This document shows, in pieces, positions 11,489 through 20,624 of a stretch of DNA of 64,000 nt. The position numbers and the translations under genes are program-made. Position 1 is the first letter of the stretch. Each line of letters opens with the position of its first letter. The stretch is taken from NCBI GenBank assembly GCA_963735455.1, contig CAVTKZ010000002.1, forward strand, positions 326,009 to 390,008, in the 5' to 3' direction. The notes under the pieces were generated by a model. The model made no database searches and had not been told where the DNA came from. It saw nothing but the letters and a program-made list of their open reading frames with translations. The DNA comes from an uncultured Chloroflexia bacterium. Its GTDB lineage: Bacteria; Chloroflexota; Limnocylindria; Limnocylindrales; CSP1-4.

Positions 11489-11839
11489 CGCCGTTGCCAT
11501 CGGGCGTTGATCCGGCGATGATTCGTCTTGCCCGAAGGGGCCATCGGAGAGCGGAAGTTCGAGATCACATCAAGGGCATTCGCCGACTGACCGGTCGCTT
11601 CGGGCGCTTCTCTACCCGCCACGCGGCCTTCGGGCCCGCGCTCGACGGGGATCGCCCGAATGGACGTGATCGGCATCCCGGTGTCGATACTCCGCTCGGG
11701 CGATCGAAGCGTCCGGGCCCTTCTTTCGGGCGGTTTGTTGTACTGGGTACACATTCTGGTGGCCGCCGCAGGCCGGGACGGGCAACGACCCGCGAACCAG
11801 GCACGGCCCACGCCGCTCGCCTGCGGCTAGACTCAGCCG

Positions 11840-12697
11840 ATGAGCGACATCGACCGCGGCCGGCCGATCCCGCCGGCCGAGCAGCCGGCCCGGCTGGCCG
11901 CCCTCGAATCCGCCGTCCGGAGCCGGACCGACCTGGGTCCGCGGGTCGGGATCGTGCTCGGCTCCGGCCTGGGCAGCCTGGCCGACGAGCTGAGCGAGGC
12001 CGTCGTGATCTCGTTCGCGGACCTGCCCGGCTGGCCGGCGGCGACCGCGCCGGGCCACGCCGGGCGGCTCCTCCTCGGGCGGCTCGACGGCGTGCCGGTA
12101 GCCATGCTCCAGGGTCGCTTCCACTTGTACGAAGGCAACGATCCCGGGCTCGTCGTCCAGCCAGTCCTGCTGATGGGCCGTCTCCGGGCCCGGACGGTGA
12201 TCCTCACCAACGCCGCCGGAGGGCTGAACCCGGGGTACCGGGCCGGGACCCTGATGGTCATCTCGGATCACCTCAACCTGACCGGCCGGACACCCCTCCT
12301 GGGGCCGAACGCAGACCGACTCGGTCCGCGCTTTCCGGATCTGACCAACGTCTATGACCCGCTGCTCCGCGAGCGGCTGCACGCCGCGGCGCGCGCGGAG
12401 GGGACGCCGCTCGAGGAGGGGGTCTACGTCGGCCTCCTCGGACCGAGCTACGAAACCCCGGCCGAGGTCCGGATGTTGCGCGGCCTGGGTGGTGATGCCG
12501 TGGGCATGTCGACGGTCCTCGAGGCGATCGCCTGCCGCTGGGCGGGCATCGACGTGGCCGGCGTCTCGCTGGTCACCAACGCGGGAGCCGGCTACACGGG
12601 CGAGCCCCTCAGCCACGAAGAGGTGCTGGCGGCAGGGGCGGAGGCCGGACCGGCCCTGGCCCGGGTGCTCCGGCGCTTCGTCCGCGAGCTGCCCTGA
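11840..12697 (+). CDS. punA: Purine nucleoside phosphorylase (PNP/MTAP family, PunA-type)
   Basis: GIVLGSGLG, HAGRLLLGRLDGVPVAMLQGRFHLYEG, LTNAAGGLN, GPSYETPAEVRMLRGLGGDAVGMSTVLE. TAGACT at 11828-33 lies 6 nt before the ATG. Confidence 0.9.
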   Translation: MSDIDRGRPIPPAEQPARLAALESAVRSRTDLGPRVGIVLGSGLGSLADELSEAVVISFADLPGWPAATAPGHAGRLLLGRLDGVPVAMLQGRFHLYEGNDPGLVVQPVLLMGRLRARTVILTNAAGGLNPGYRAGTLMVISDHLNLTGRTPLLGPNADRLGPRFPDLTNVYDPLLRERLHAAARAEGTPLEEGVYVGLLGPSYETPAEVRMLRGLGGDAVGMSTVLEAIACRWAGIDVAGVSLVTNAGAGYTGEPLSHEEVLAAGAEAGPALARVLRRFVRELP

Positions 12698-12815
12698 CCG
12701 CCGGCGGACAGCCTAGGCCGGACGCCCGTCGCCAGACCGGGCCAGACCGGCTCGGACCAGGGAGCTCGGGGCCCGCCGGGAGCCCGGGTCGGGACGCGCG
12801 GACTACACTGCGGGA

Positions 12816-13697
12816 GTGACGGCCGAGACGACCCCAGCCCAGGAGCCGGCCCCCTCGTCGGCTCGCGAGAAGACCGGTATCCCGCGCAATCCGGGCCGCC
12901 ACGAGCTCGGGATGAAGGCGACCCTGCTCTTCCCCGACCGCGAGATCGTTGAGAAGTTCTACGTCCCCCTCATCTACACCGCCTGCCGGACGTGCTACTC
13001 CGAGCTGGCCCCCGACGAGATCTTCCGGCGCGCGGTCGACGGCCAGATCGACCCGGCCAAGCAGCGCAAGCTGATCCAGGGCGTGATCGAATCGGGTCAC
13101 GGCAGCACGATCGAGCACATCGTCTTCACCTTCGGGATCAGCGGCGTGTCGCGAACGCTCAGCCACCAGCTCGTCCGCCACCGGGCGGGCGTGGCCTTCG
13201 ACCAGCAGAGCCAGCGCTACGTCACCTTCAAGGGCGCCTCGACGATGCTGCCCAGCACCCTGGCCGAGGCCGAGCCCGACCTGCGCGAACGGTACGAGGA
13301 ACAGATCGAGGGCTCGATGGAGCTCTACGGCGAGCTGGTCGCGGCCGGCATTCCGGGCGAGGACGCCCGCTTCGTCTTCCCCAATGCGACCCGCACCAAC
13401 CTGGTGATGACCACCAACCTGCGGGCGCTGATCCACATGTCCGGCCTCCGCCTGTGCACGATGGCCCAGTGGGAGATCCGCCGGCTCTTCCAGCTGATCC
13501 GGCACGAGATCTTCGAGGTCAGTCCGTTCCTGGGCAGCTTCCTCGCACCCAAGTGCGTCGCCCTCGGCTATTGCGACGAGATGGGCAACCGCGACGAGCA
13601 CTGCCCGATCCGGCCCCACAAGGACAACGTCCTGGGCGCCTGGGCCGACAAGGCCAAGGCTGCCCGGGCGGCCGGCCGGGACCTGCCGGTCGGCTGA
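12816..13697 (+). CDS. thyX: FAD-dependent thymidylate synthase
   Basis: ThyX signature LSHQLVRHRAGVAFDQQSQRY plus GSTIEHIVFTFGISGVSR. TACACT at 12804-09, 6 nt before GTG 12816, supports this start over the internal ATG at 12912. Confidence 0.9.
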   Translation: MTAETTPAQEPAPSSAREKTGIPRNPGRHELGMKATLLFPDREIVEKFYVPLIYTACRTCYSELAPDEIFRRAVDGQIDPAKQRKLIQGVIESGHGSTIEHIVFTFGISGVSRTLSHQLVRHRAGVAFDQQSQRYVTFKGASTMLPSTLAEAEPDLRERYEEQIEGSMELYGELVAAGIPGEDARFVFPNATRTNLVMTTNLRALIHMSGLRLCTMAQWEIRRLFQLIRHEIFEVSPFLGSFLAPKCVALGYCDEMGNRDEHCPIRPHKDNVLGAWADKAKAARAAGRDLPVG

Positions 13698-13698
13698 C

Positions 13699-14109
13699 TC
13701 AGGGGCGGGGCAGGGGCTCCACGGAGACCAGCGCCCGGCGCCAGGCCGGTGGCTCGAAGGCCGAGCCGAAGCCGTCGGTCTTGCCCACGATCCGGCCGGC
13801 CCGGAACTCGAACAGGCTGATGTTCCGCCAGGGCACGCCGTCGCCGTAGTCGGCCGTCCAGATCGCGGCCACGAGATCCGGCCCGCCGATGATCCGATGG
13901 ACCAGGACGTGGGGCAGGGTCGGGGTTCGGCTGACGACCGCGCTGATCGCCGGCAGGCCCCGGATGACCTCCCCACTGCCCGGCCAGGACCACTCGGCGT
14001 CCTCGGCGACGTCGGCCAGGATGGCCGCCACGTCCCGGGCGTTGATCGCGGCGAAGTAGCGATCGACGGCCGACCGCTCGTCCCGGCCGGCTGCTGCCTC
14101 GTCCACCAT
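13699..14109 (-). CDS. SnoaL/NTF2-like fold protein
   Basis: 136 aa. SAVDRYFAAINARDVAAILADVAEDAEWSWPG...ISLFEFRAGRIVGKTDGF is typical of SnoaL-like polyketide-cyclase-fold proteins. Confidence 0.6.
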   Translation of the reverse strand: MVDEAAAGRDERSAVDRYFAAINARDVAAILADVAEDAEWSWPGSGEVIRGLPAISAVVSRTPTLPHVLVHRIIGGPDLVAAIWTADYGDGVPWRNISLFEFRAGRIVGKTDGFGSAFEPPAWRRALVSVEPLPRP

Positions 14110-14163
14110 CAGGCGTCGCCCAGCTTTCGTCGGAGCATCAGGGCAAGTATCCCCGGGAACAGA

Positions 14164-16968
14164 TCAGCTTGCGTTTGCCTGGTCGTCCACGATGGCGTAG
14201 GCGACCGCCTCGGCCAGGCTCATCGCCCGCCCCTCCGCGGCATAGCGCTCGATCTCGGCGCTGGTCAGCAGCGCGCGGATCGTGTCGGCGTTGGCCACAT
14301 CCAGGTCGTCGATCATGCTCGACAGGTTGGCGCCGGTCGTCTGGGCCAGGGCCCTGGCGGCGCCATGCAGGCGGGCCGAGCGGGGGAGATCGCCCCGGGC
14401 GGCCGCCAGCGCCGAGTAGTCGTCGAGGGCCAGGGTCAGGGCCGCGGCGTCACCGGCGCTCCGGAACTGGCGCATGGCCGCCGTGATGTGGTCGGCGGCC
14501 TCGTCGAGCTGCTCGAGCCGGAGCAGGGCGACGCCCAGCATCCGGTGGGCCCAGGCCACCATCGTCTGGTCGCTGGTGGCCGCGAACAGGCCGAGCGCCT
14601 CTCGGAACTTGCCCAGCGCGACGTCGCGCTGCTGGTGGAAGTAGTACCAGTTGCCGACCGCCCAGATCGCATTGCCGGCGCCGTGCTTGTCGTCGAGCTC
14701 GCGGTAGATCGCCAGCGCCTCCTCCATCAATGCCAGGCCCTTGCGATCGGGGTCGAGATTCGTGGCTTGGACACCGGGCCCCATGAACACGTACGAGAAC
14801 GACGCGTTGTACAGGGCGTTGGCGATCTCGGGCCGATCGTCGGTCGAACGCCAGCGCTCGAGAGCCTCCTCGTAGAAGCCGGCCATCGCCGGGATGTCGG
14901 CCTGCCACCAGGCGATCCCACCGAGGGCCTCCATCAGCCTGGCCCGCAGGGCAGGATCGTCGCTCGACCAGGGTTGCCCGGCAATCCGCTCGAGGCGGCG
15001 GCGGCCCTCGAGGAGGTAGCCCCGCTTCTGCCAGAAGCGCCACAGCGCAAAGCCGAGGGGGATCGCGACCTCCGGATCAGGCCGCGCCGTGGCCCACTCG
15101 AGGGCCGCCCGGAGGTTGTCATGCTCGACGTCGAGGCGATCGAGCCAGGCTCGCTGCTCACCGCCGGAGAGCTCCCTGGCAGCCTCCCGGGCGAGGGCCA
15201 GGAAGGCCCGGGCGTGGCGCTCGCTGATCGTGTCGGCCTCGCCGCTGGTGGCCAGCTGCTCGGCGGCGAAGGCCCGGATCGTCTCGAGCATCCGGAAGCG
15301 CGGCTCGCCGGCCACCTCCTCGGCCCGCAGGAGGCTCTGGTCGACGAGTGCCTCGATCCCGTCGAAGACATCGAGGCCAAGCTCGCTCGCCGGTCCGCAG
15401 ATCGCCTCGGCCAGCTCGAGGGTGCAGCCGGCGGCGAAGACGGACAGCCGTCGAAGGAGCCGGCGGCCGGCCTCGTCGAGCAGGTCGTAGCTCCAGGCGA
15501 TCGCCCCGCGCAGGGTCTGCTGGCGTTCGGGCAGGTCGCGGGCGCCGCCACCAAGGGTCGCCAGCTGATCACCCAGCCGGTCGAGGATCGCCTCGGGCGG
15601 CAGCAGCTTGACCCGGGCGGCGGCGAGCTCGATGGCGAGGGGCATGCCCTGCAGCCGGACGACGATGCCGGCCACCGCCGCGGCGTTCTCGTCGGTCAGT
15701 CGGAAGGCCGGCTTGACGGCCGTCGCCCGGGCGACGAACAGCCGGACGGACTCGTAGCGCGACAGCGTGGCGGGGTCCATGCCACCCGAGTCGGCCCCGA
15801 GCTGGGCCCGTTCGAAGGCGCCCTGGGCCGCCGGGTCGGGCGGCGTCGGCAGGCCCGGAACGGGATATTCCTGCTCGCCCGAGATGCGCAACGGGGACCG
15901 GCTCGAGACGATCAGCTTGAGCTCGGTCGTAGATCGGAGCAGCTCGCCGATCAGGGGTGCGGCATCGATCACCTGCTCGAAGTTGTCGAGGTCGAGCAGG
16001 ATCCTGCGTTCCCCGATCCAGGCACTGAGCCGGGCCCCGATCGGGGCGCTGCTGTCCTCCGTCACGCCGAGCACGGAAGCGATCGTGGTCCCGACCAGGG
16101 CCGGTTCCCGGATCGGCTCGAGGGCCACGAAGTAGACGCCCTCGGGAAACTCCTCGGCGACCGCGGCAGCGAGCTCGAGCGACAGGCGGGTCTTGCCCGT
16201 CCCGCCGGGGCCGGTCAGGGTCAGCAGGCGGGTGGCACCCAGCCTGGCGGTCGTCTCCTCCAGCTCGGCCGTCCGCCCGACGAACGAGGTGACCTGGGTG
16301 GGCAGGTTGTTGGGCCGGTCGTCGAGCGAGCGGATCGGCCGGGGATCGTCGGCCAGCCCCTCGATCTCGAGGATCGCCAGGCGTTCGGGGCGGAGGTCCT
16401 TCAGCCGGTGCTCCCCGGCGTCGCGGGTCCGGACACCGGCCGGGAGGCTGCCCTCCAGGAGCGGCACGGTGGCCGATGAGAGGACCACCTGGCCGCCATT
16501 GGCTGCACTCGCGACCCGTGCGGCGCGGTTCACGTCGGCTCCGACATACGTCCCGGCGTTGACCACGCCCAGGCCGGTATGGAGGCCCATCCGGACCCGG
16601 ATCGAGCCGACCCCGTGCGGGAACTCGGTGGCCGCCAGGGCGCGCTGCGCCTCGACGGCCGCCGCGACCGCGGCCGGGGCAGAGGCAAAGACGACGAAGA
16701 ACGAGTCGCCTTCGGTGCCGATCTCGATCCCGGCGTTCGCGGCCCAGGCCGCCCGGAGCAGGTCGCGGTGGAGCTCGAGCACCTCGCCGTAGGCCGCCGG
16801 GCCGAGCTCCTGGACGAGCCGGGTCGAACCCTCGATGTCGGTGAACAGGAAGGTCAGCGTGCCGGTCGGCAGGGGCGCGGTTGTGGTCTCCGCTGGGGTC
16901 TGGGCCACGAGGTCGGGACTCACCTCCGTCGTCGCGACTCGGCGCCGGCCGTCCGGTCCGAGGTCCAC
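14164..16968 (-). CDS. Class III adenylate/guanylate cyclase fused to a STAND (NB-ARC/AAA) NTPase and TPR repeats
   Basis: Cyclase domain: GTLTFLFTDIEGSTRL...GTEGDSFFVVFA...RVRMGLHTG...GADVNRAARV. P-loop: LLTLTGPGGTGKTRL. The long C-terminal half is TPR-like. The start is set at in-frame GTG 16968 (TAGCAT 8 nt upstream); the upstream 327 codons of ORF 14164..17949 are Arg/Pro junk. Confidence 0.85.
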   Translation of the reverse strand: MDLGPDGRRRVATTEVSPDLVAQTPAETTTAPLPTGTLTFLFTDIEGSTRLVQELGPAAYGEVLELHRDLLRAAWAANAGIEIGTEGDSFFVVFASAPAAVAAAVEAQRALAATEFPHGVGSIRVRMGLHTGLGVVNAGTYVGADVNRAARVASAANGGQVVLSSATVPLLEGSLPAGVRTRDAGEHRLKDLRPERLAILEIEGLADDPRPIRSLDDRPNNLPTQVTSFVGRTAELEETTARLGATRLLTLTGPGGTGKTRLSLELAAAVAEEFPEGVYFVALEPIREPALVGTTIASVLGVTEDSSAPIGARLSAWIGERRILLDLDNFEQVIDAAPLIGELLRSTTELKLIVSSRSPLRISGEQEYPVPGLPTPPDPAAQGAFERAQLGADSGGMDPATLSRYESVRLFVARATAVKPAFRLTDENAAAVAGIVVRLQGMPLAIELAAARVKLLPPEAILDRLGDQLATLGGGARDLPERQQTLRGAIAWSYDLLDEAGRRLLRRLSVFAAGCTLELAEAICGPASELGLDVFDGIEALVDQSLLRAEEVAGEPRFRMLETIRAFAAEQLATSGEADTISERHARAFLALAREAARELSGGEQRAWLDRLDVEHDNLRAALEWATARPDPEVAIPLGFALWRFWQKRGYLLEGRRRLERIAGQPWSSDDPALRARLMEALGGIAWWQADIPAMAGFYEEALERWRSTDDRPEIANALYNASFSYVFMGPGVQATNLDPDRKGLALMEEALAIYRELDDKHGAGNAIWAVGNWYYFHQQRDVALGKFREALGLFAATSDQTMVAWAHRMLGVALLRLEQLDEAADHITAAMRQFRSAGDAAALTLALDDYSALAAARGDLPRSARLHGAARALAQTTGANLSSMIDDLDVANADTIRALLTSAEIERYAAEGRAMSLAEAVAYAIVDDQANAS

Positions 16969-17034
16969 CGTATACGATGCTAGAACACGGCTGGTAACTG
17001 CAGGGCAAGGGCTGCTTGGAGGATAGACCTGGCA

Positions 17035-17457
17035 ATGGCCGATCGCGATCAGATTGCCGACGAGCTGGCCGGGTTTGCGCTGTTCGCCGACCTCAGCACG
17101 CCCCAGCTGAAGGGCGTCGCCCACGCCTTCGAAGAGGCCTGGTTCCAGGACGGCGAGCGGGTCCTCCGGCAGGGCATGACCGGTAGCGGCCTGTACCTGA
17201 TCCTCGATGGCCAGGCCTCGATCGTGGTCGACGGAGCCGAGCGGGCCAAGCTCGGCCGGGGCGAGTTCTTCGGGGAGGTCTCGATCCTGCTCGGCGAGCC
17301 GCCGGTGGCTGATGTCGTGGCGGTCGGTGCGCTGCGCTGCCTGGTCCTGGCCGGGCCGGCGGTCGAGAAGTTCCTGCATGACCACCCGAGCCTGATGTAT
17401 CGCATGCTGCAGGCCTCGGCCCGCCGGCTTCGGAACGCGAACCGTTGGCGGAGCTGA
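17035..17457 (+). CDS. Stand-alone cyclic-nucleotide-binding (CAP effector-type) domain protein
   Basis: 140 aa: FADLSTPQLKGVAHAFEEAWFQDGERVLRQGMTGSGLYLILDGQASIVV...GRGEFFGEVSILLGEP..ADVVA. No HTH follows the domain. Confidence 0.85.
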   Translation: MADRDQIADELAGFALFADLSTPQLKGVAHAFEEAWFQDGERVLRQGMTGSGLYLILDGQASIVVDGAERAKLGRGEFFGEVSILLGEPPVADVVAVGALRCLVLAGPAVEKFLHDHPSLMYRMLQASARRLRNANRWRS

Positions 17458-18956
17458 GCGACCGCCCGTTTCCGCCGGGCGACTATCCGCTGATCGTCGT
17501 CGGCAGCGGGCCGGGCGGCCTGCAGGTCTCGTCGGCCCTGCGCGGCTACGGAATCGAGCACGCCGTCCTGTCCGCGGACGAGGAACCCGGTGGGATGTTC
17601 CGGCGCTGGCCGTTCTTTCAGCGCCTGCTGTCGTGGACCAAGCCCTACGCCCCGGTCGCCCGCGGCACCCGGCCGTATGAGCGCTACGACTGGAACAGCC
17701 TGATCCCCGAGACCGACGAACATCGGGCCGTGATGGTCGGCCTGATGGACGGCACGTCGTACTTCCCGAGCCGGCCGGAGATGCAGGCCGGGCTCGAGGC
17801 GTTCGTCGGCCGGACGGCGCTGCCGGTCCGCTTCGGCTGCCGCTGGACCGCGACCCGGCGGTTGGACGACGGCCGCTTCGAGCTCGAGACGAGCGATGGC
17901 CGGTATACCGCCGGGACCCTCGTCTTCGCGGTCGGGGTGGCCCAGCCATGGCGGCCGACCAGCCCCGGGATGGAGCTGGCGGCCCACTACGCCGACACCC
18001 AGCCGGTGGAGCATTACGCCGATCGCCGGATCTTCATCATCGGCAAGCAGAACTCGGGCTTCGAGCTGGCCAGCGGGATGCTGCCGTGGGCCAAGCGGAT
18101 CGTGATCGCGTCGCCCTCGCCGGCCAAGCTCTCGGTCAACACCCATTCACTCGTCGGGATCCGGGCGCGCTACGTCCAGCCCTACGAGGACCACGTCCTG
18201 GGCGGCGGGGTGGCGATCCTCGATGCGGCGATCGAAGGGATCGAGCGGGGCGGGGCCGGCCTCGCGCCGTTCCGGGTGATCACCCGGCGCTCGACCGACT
18301 CGGTCGAGATGGTCTTCGAGGCCGACGACGTGATCGCCGCGACCGGCTTCGTGGCGCCCTTGCTCGACCTGCCGGACCTGGGCGTGGCCACCTTCGGTCA
18401 GAGCCGGCTGCCGGCCCAGACACCGTTCTGGGAGAGCGCCACGGTGCCCGGGATCTTCTTCGCCGGCACGATCGGGCAGGGCTCGCCCGGGCTCAAGAAG
18501 CATGGCATCCCGTCGAACTCGGGCGCGGTCCAGGGCGCCCGCTACAACGCCCGGGTGCTGGCCGGTCACATCGCCCGCAGCCGATTCGGATACGTCCCCG
18601 AGCGGCCGTCGGTCGCGCCAGCGGACGTCCTCGAGCTGCTCCTCGACGAGCTGACCCTGGGCCCCGAGCTGTGGCACCAGCGGGCCTACCTGGCCCGGGT
18701 CCTGAGCCTCGATCCTGGCGATGGCATCCGCGACGAGGGGATCCTGCCGCTGGCCTGGTTCGTCGACGCGGGCGGTCCCGACGCGATCGCGGCCACCCTC
18801 GAGACCGATGGCAGCGGGGCCGTCTACCCGGTGATCTACCTGCGCCGAGGTGGTGCCGTGAGCGAGCATCCGATCGAGCCCCATCCGTTGCTCGACTACC
18901 GGACCGATGCCGCCCGGCGTGACCTGGGCGCGATCCTCGCCCTGGCCCTCGCCTGA
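17445..18956 (+). CDS. FAD/NAD(P)-binding oxidoreductase with a roughly 120-aa C-terminal extension
   Basis: A dinucleotide-binding LIVVGSGPGGL is followed by a second Rossmann-like IFIIGKQNSGFE, then VIAATGF and PGIFFAGT. It overlaps the cNMP-binding gene by 13 nt. Confidence 0.8.
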   Translation: MAELSDRPFPPGDYPLIVVGSGPGGLQVSSALRGYGIEHAVLSADEEPGGMFRRWPFFQRLLSWTKPYAPVARGTRPYERYDWNSLIPETDEHRAVMVGLMDGTSYFPSRPEMQAGLEAFVGRTALPVRFGCRWTATRRLDDGRFELETSDGRYTAGTLVFAVGVAQPWRPTSPGMELAAHYADTQPVEHYADRRIFIIGKQNSGFELASGMLPWAKRIVIASPSPAKLSVNTHSLVGIRARYVQPYEDHVLGGGVAILDAAIEGIERGGAGLAPFRVITRRSTDSVEMVFEADDVIAATGFVAPLLDLPDLGVATFGQSRLPAQTPFWESATVPGIFFAGTIGQGSPGLKKHGIPSNSGAVQGARYNARVLAGHIARSRFGYVPERPSVAPADVLELLLDELTLGPELWHQRAYLARVLSLDPGDGIRDEGILPLAWFVDAGGPDAIAATLETDGSGAVYPVIYLRRGGAVSEHPIEPHPLLDYRTDAARRDLGAILALALA

Positions 18957-18975
18957 TCCGCGATCGAAAATCGCT

Positions 18976-19024
18976 GTTAGCCGTTTATGGCTGCCTATAG
19001 TACTATCAGCCATTGACGGCTAAC
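18976..19024. promoter_or_regulatory. Large palindromic operator-like element overlapping the promoter of the SatD-like gene
   Basis: GTTAGCCGTTTATGGCTG (18976-93) and CAGCCATTGACGGCTAAC (19007-24) form 16/18 inverted arms around a TAGTACTA palindrome. TTGACG (19013-18), N17 and TAGCGT (19036-41) follow, and GTG 19048 lies 6 nt after the -10. Confidence 0.5.
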
Positions 19025-19047
19025 GCCTGATCAGTTAGCGTCTGGCG

Positions 19048-19689
19048 GTGAATTCCCGCCGCGCGCTCGTCATCTTCGGTGACGTGATCCACTCCCGTCG
19101 CGATCCGGCCGGCTCGTCGGCCTGGTTGCGGGCGCTGTGCGCCGACCTCGAGTCCGCCGCCGGCAGCTCGGTGCTCGCCCCGTTCGGCTTCACCCAGGGC
19201 GACGAGCTCCAGGGGCTCCTCCAGCCGGCCGGCGATCCGGTTGGCCTCGTCCTCCGCGCTGCGCTGGCCGACGATGCCCGCCCGATGCGCTGGGCGATCG
19301 CGCTGGGCCTCGTCGAGCCCGGCCGCGGGCCGGCGACCCAGCGCGCCGGACCGGCCTTCGTCAGCGCTCGACTCGCCCTCGACGAGACGCGCCGCCAGCG
19401 GATCAGCCTGCGGATCGTGACCGGCGTCCCCGAAGTCGACGCCCTCCTGGACGACCTCGCTCCCGTCCTCGGCGAGGCGCTCGGCCAGCTCAGTCCAACC
19501 CAGCGCCGGGTCGCCCGGCTGATCCTGGTCGAGGGTCTCCGCCGCTCGGAGGTGGCTGACCGCCTGGAGGTCAGCCGGGCGACTGTCTCGGTCGCGGCCA
19601 ACCGCGGCGGGGTACCCTCCCTCGAACGGCTGGCCCGGGCCATTCGGGCCCTGATCGAGCGCAGCCTGCAGCCGGAGCTGGGAGCCTGA
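19048..19689 (+). CDS. SatD-family protein with a C-terminal sigma-70 region-4-like HTH
   Basis: ALVIFGDVIHSRRDP...GFTQGDELQGLL is SatD-like. The C-terminus LSPTQRRVARLILVEGLRRSEVADRLEVSRATVSVAANRG is HTH-like. Confidence 0.65.
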   Translation: MNSRRALVIFGDVIHSRRDPAGSSAWLRALCADLESAAGSSVLAPFGFTQGDELQGLLQPAGDPVGLVLRAALADDARPMRWAIALGLVEPGRGPATQRAGPAFVSARLALDETRRQRISLRIVTGVPEVDALLDDLAPVLGEALGQLSPTQRRVARLILVEGLRRSEVADRLEVSRATVSVAANRGGVPSLERLARAIRALIERSLQPELGA

Positions 19690-20624
19690 TGTCGCATTCG
19701 GCAATCCTGCTGGTCGCCCTGGCCATCCTGGCCCACCTGGTCGCCGACTTCGTCCTCCAGACGGACGCGATCGCCGAGGCGAAGGCCGCGGCCGACGGGC
19801 GGGCCTGGCGCGGCCTGGCGCTGCATAGCGGGATCGTGGCCGCCTGCCTGCTGCCCTTCGTCGTGGCGTACGGCGCCCGGGGCCTGGGCTACCTGCTGAT
19901 CGTCGCGCTGGCCCACGGCCTGATCGACCGGAGCAAGATCGTCCTCCATCGGCGGGCCCTGGCGCCGGCCGTCGGGCCCGCGCCGAACCCGCCGGCCGCA
20001 CCGGTCGCTTCGGTCGCCCCGGAGACGCCGGCGGCGGTCGAGCCGGCGCCCAAGGCCGAACCCATGTCCGCGCCGCCCGATGCCCCCGGTGATCGGGCCT
20101 GGACGCCCCTCCCGGCGACGCTCTTCCTGGCCGACCAGGTTGCCCACTTCGTGGTCCTCGTCGTGGGGGCGGGCGCCCTGCTCCTTGGCCAGCCGACGCT
20201 GGGGGCCTGGAACGACATCGTCAACGGGATCGGCGCCAACCTCCTGCCGGTGGCCGACCTGGGCGCCGCGATCACGGCGATCGTGGTCATCCTCGACCTG
20301 CTGATCGTCAACGTCCGGGGCGGCTTCTTCCTCGTCGGGATCCTGCTCGCCCCGCGCGGCTACGCGCCGGGCTCGGCGCCCGGACCGGAGCGGGTCGGGG
20401 CGACGATCGGGATCCTCGAGCGGCTGATCGTGTGCGTCCTGGTCCTGGCCGGCCAGGCCGCGGCGATCGGGTTCGTGATCGCGGCCAAGACCCTGGCCCG
20501 CTTCCGGCAGCTCGATGACCGCCACTTCGCCGAGTACTACCTGGTCGGCACCCTGGCCAGCGTGACGCTCGCCCTGTCAACCTCAATCGTGGCCGCGGCC
20601 GCGATCAGCGCCGCGCTGCACTGA
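19689..20624 (+). CDS. DUF3307-like integral membrane protein with a long Pro/Ala linker
   Basis: The N-terminus LLVALAILAHLVADFVLQTDAIA has the H..DF..Q motif of DUF3307, and several TM helices follow. The ATG shares one nt with the satD-like stop (TGATG). Confidence 0.65.
   Translation: MSHSAILLVALAILAHLVADFVLQTDAIAEAKAAADGRAWRGLALHSGIVAACLLPFVVAYGARGLGYLLIVALAHGLIDRSKIVLHRRALAPAVGPAPNPPAAPVASVAPETPAAVEPAPKAEPMSAPPDAPGDRAWTPLPATLFLADQVAHFVVLVVGAGALLLGQPTLGAWNDIVNGIGANLLPVADLGAAITAIVVILDLLIVNVRGGFFLVGILLAPRGYAPGSAPGPERVGATIGILERLIVCVLVLAGQAAAIGFVIAAKTLARFRQLDDRHFAEYYLVGTLASVTLALSTSIVAAAAISAALH

Noticed and set aside
16969-17949. N-terminal 327 codons of ORF 14164..17949, and similarly the 5' extensions of ORFs 48856..50976, 53970..55586, 33370..34572 and 56422..56940
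   Set aside because: The upstream parts are Arg/Pro-rich, overlap divergent real genes, and lose all domain similarity. Internal starts with a -10 or SD signal fit the homologous N-termini.
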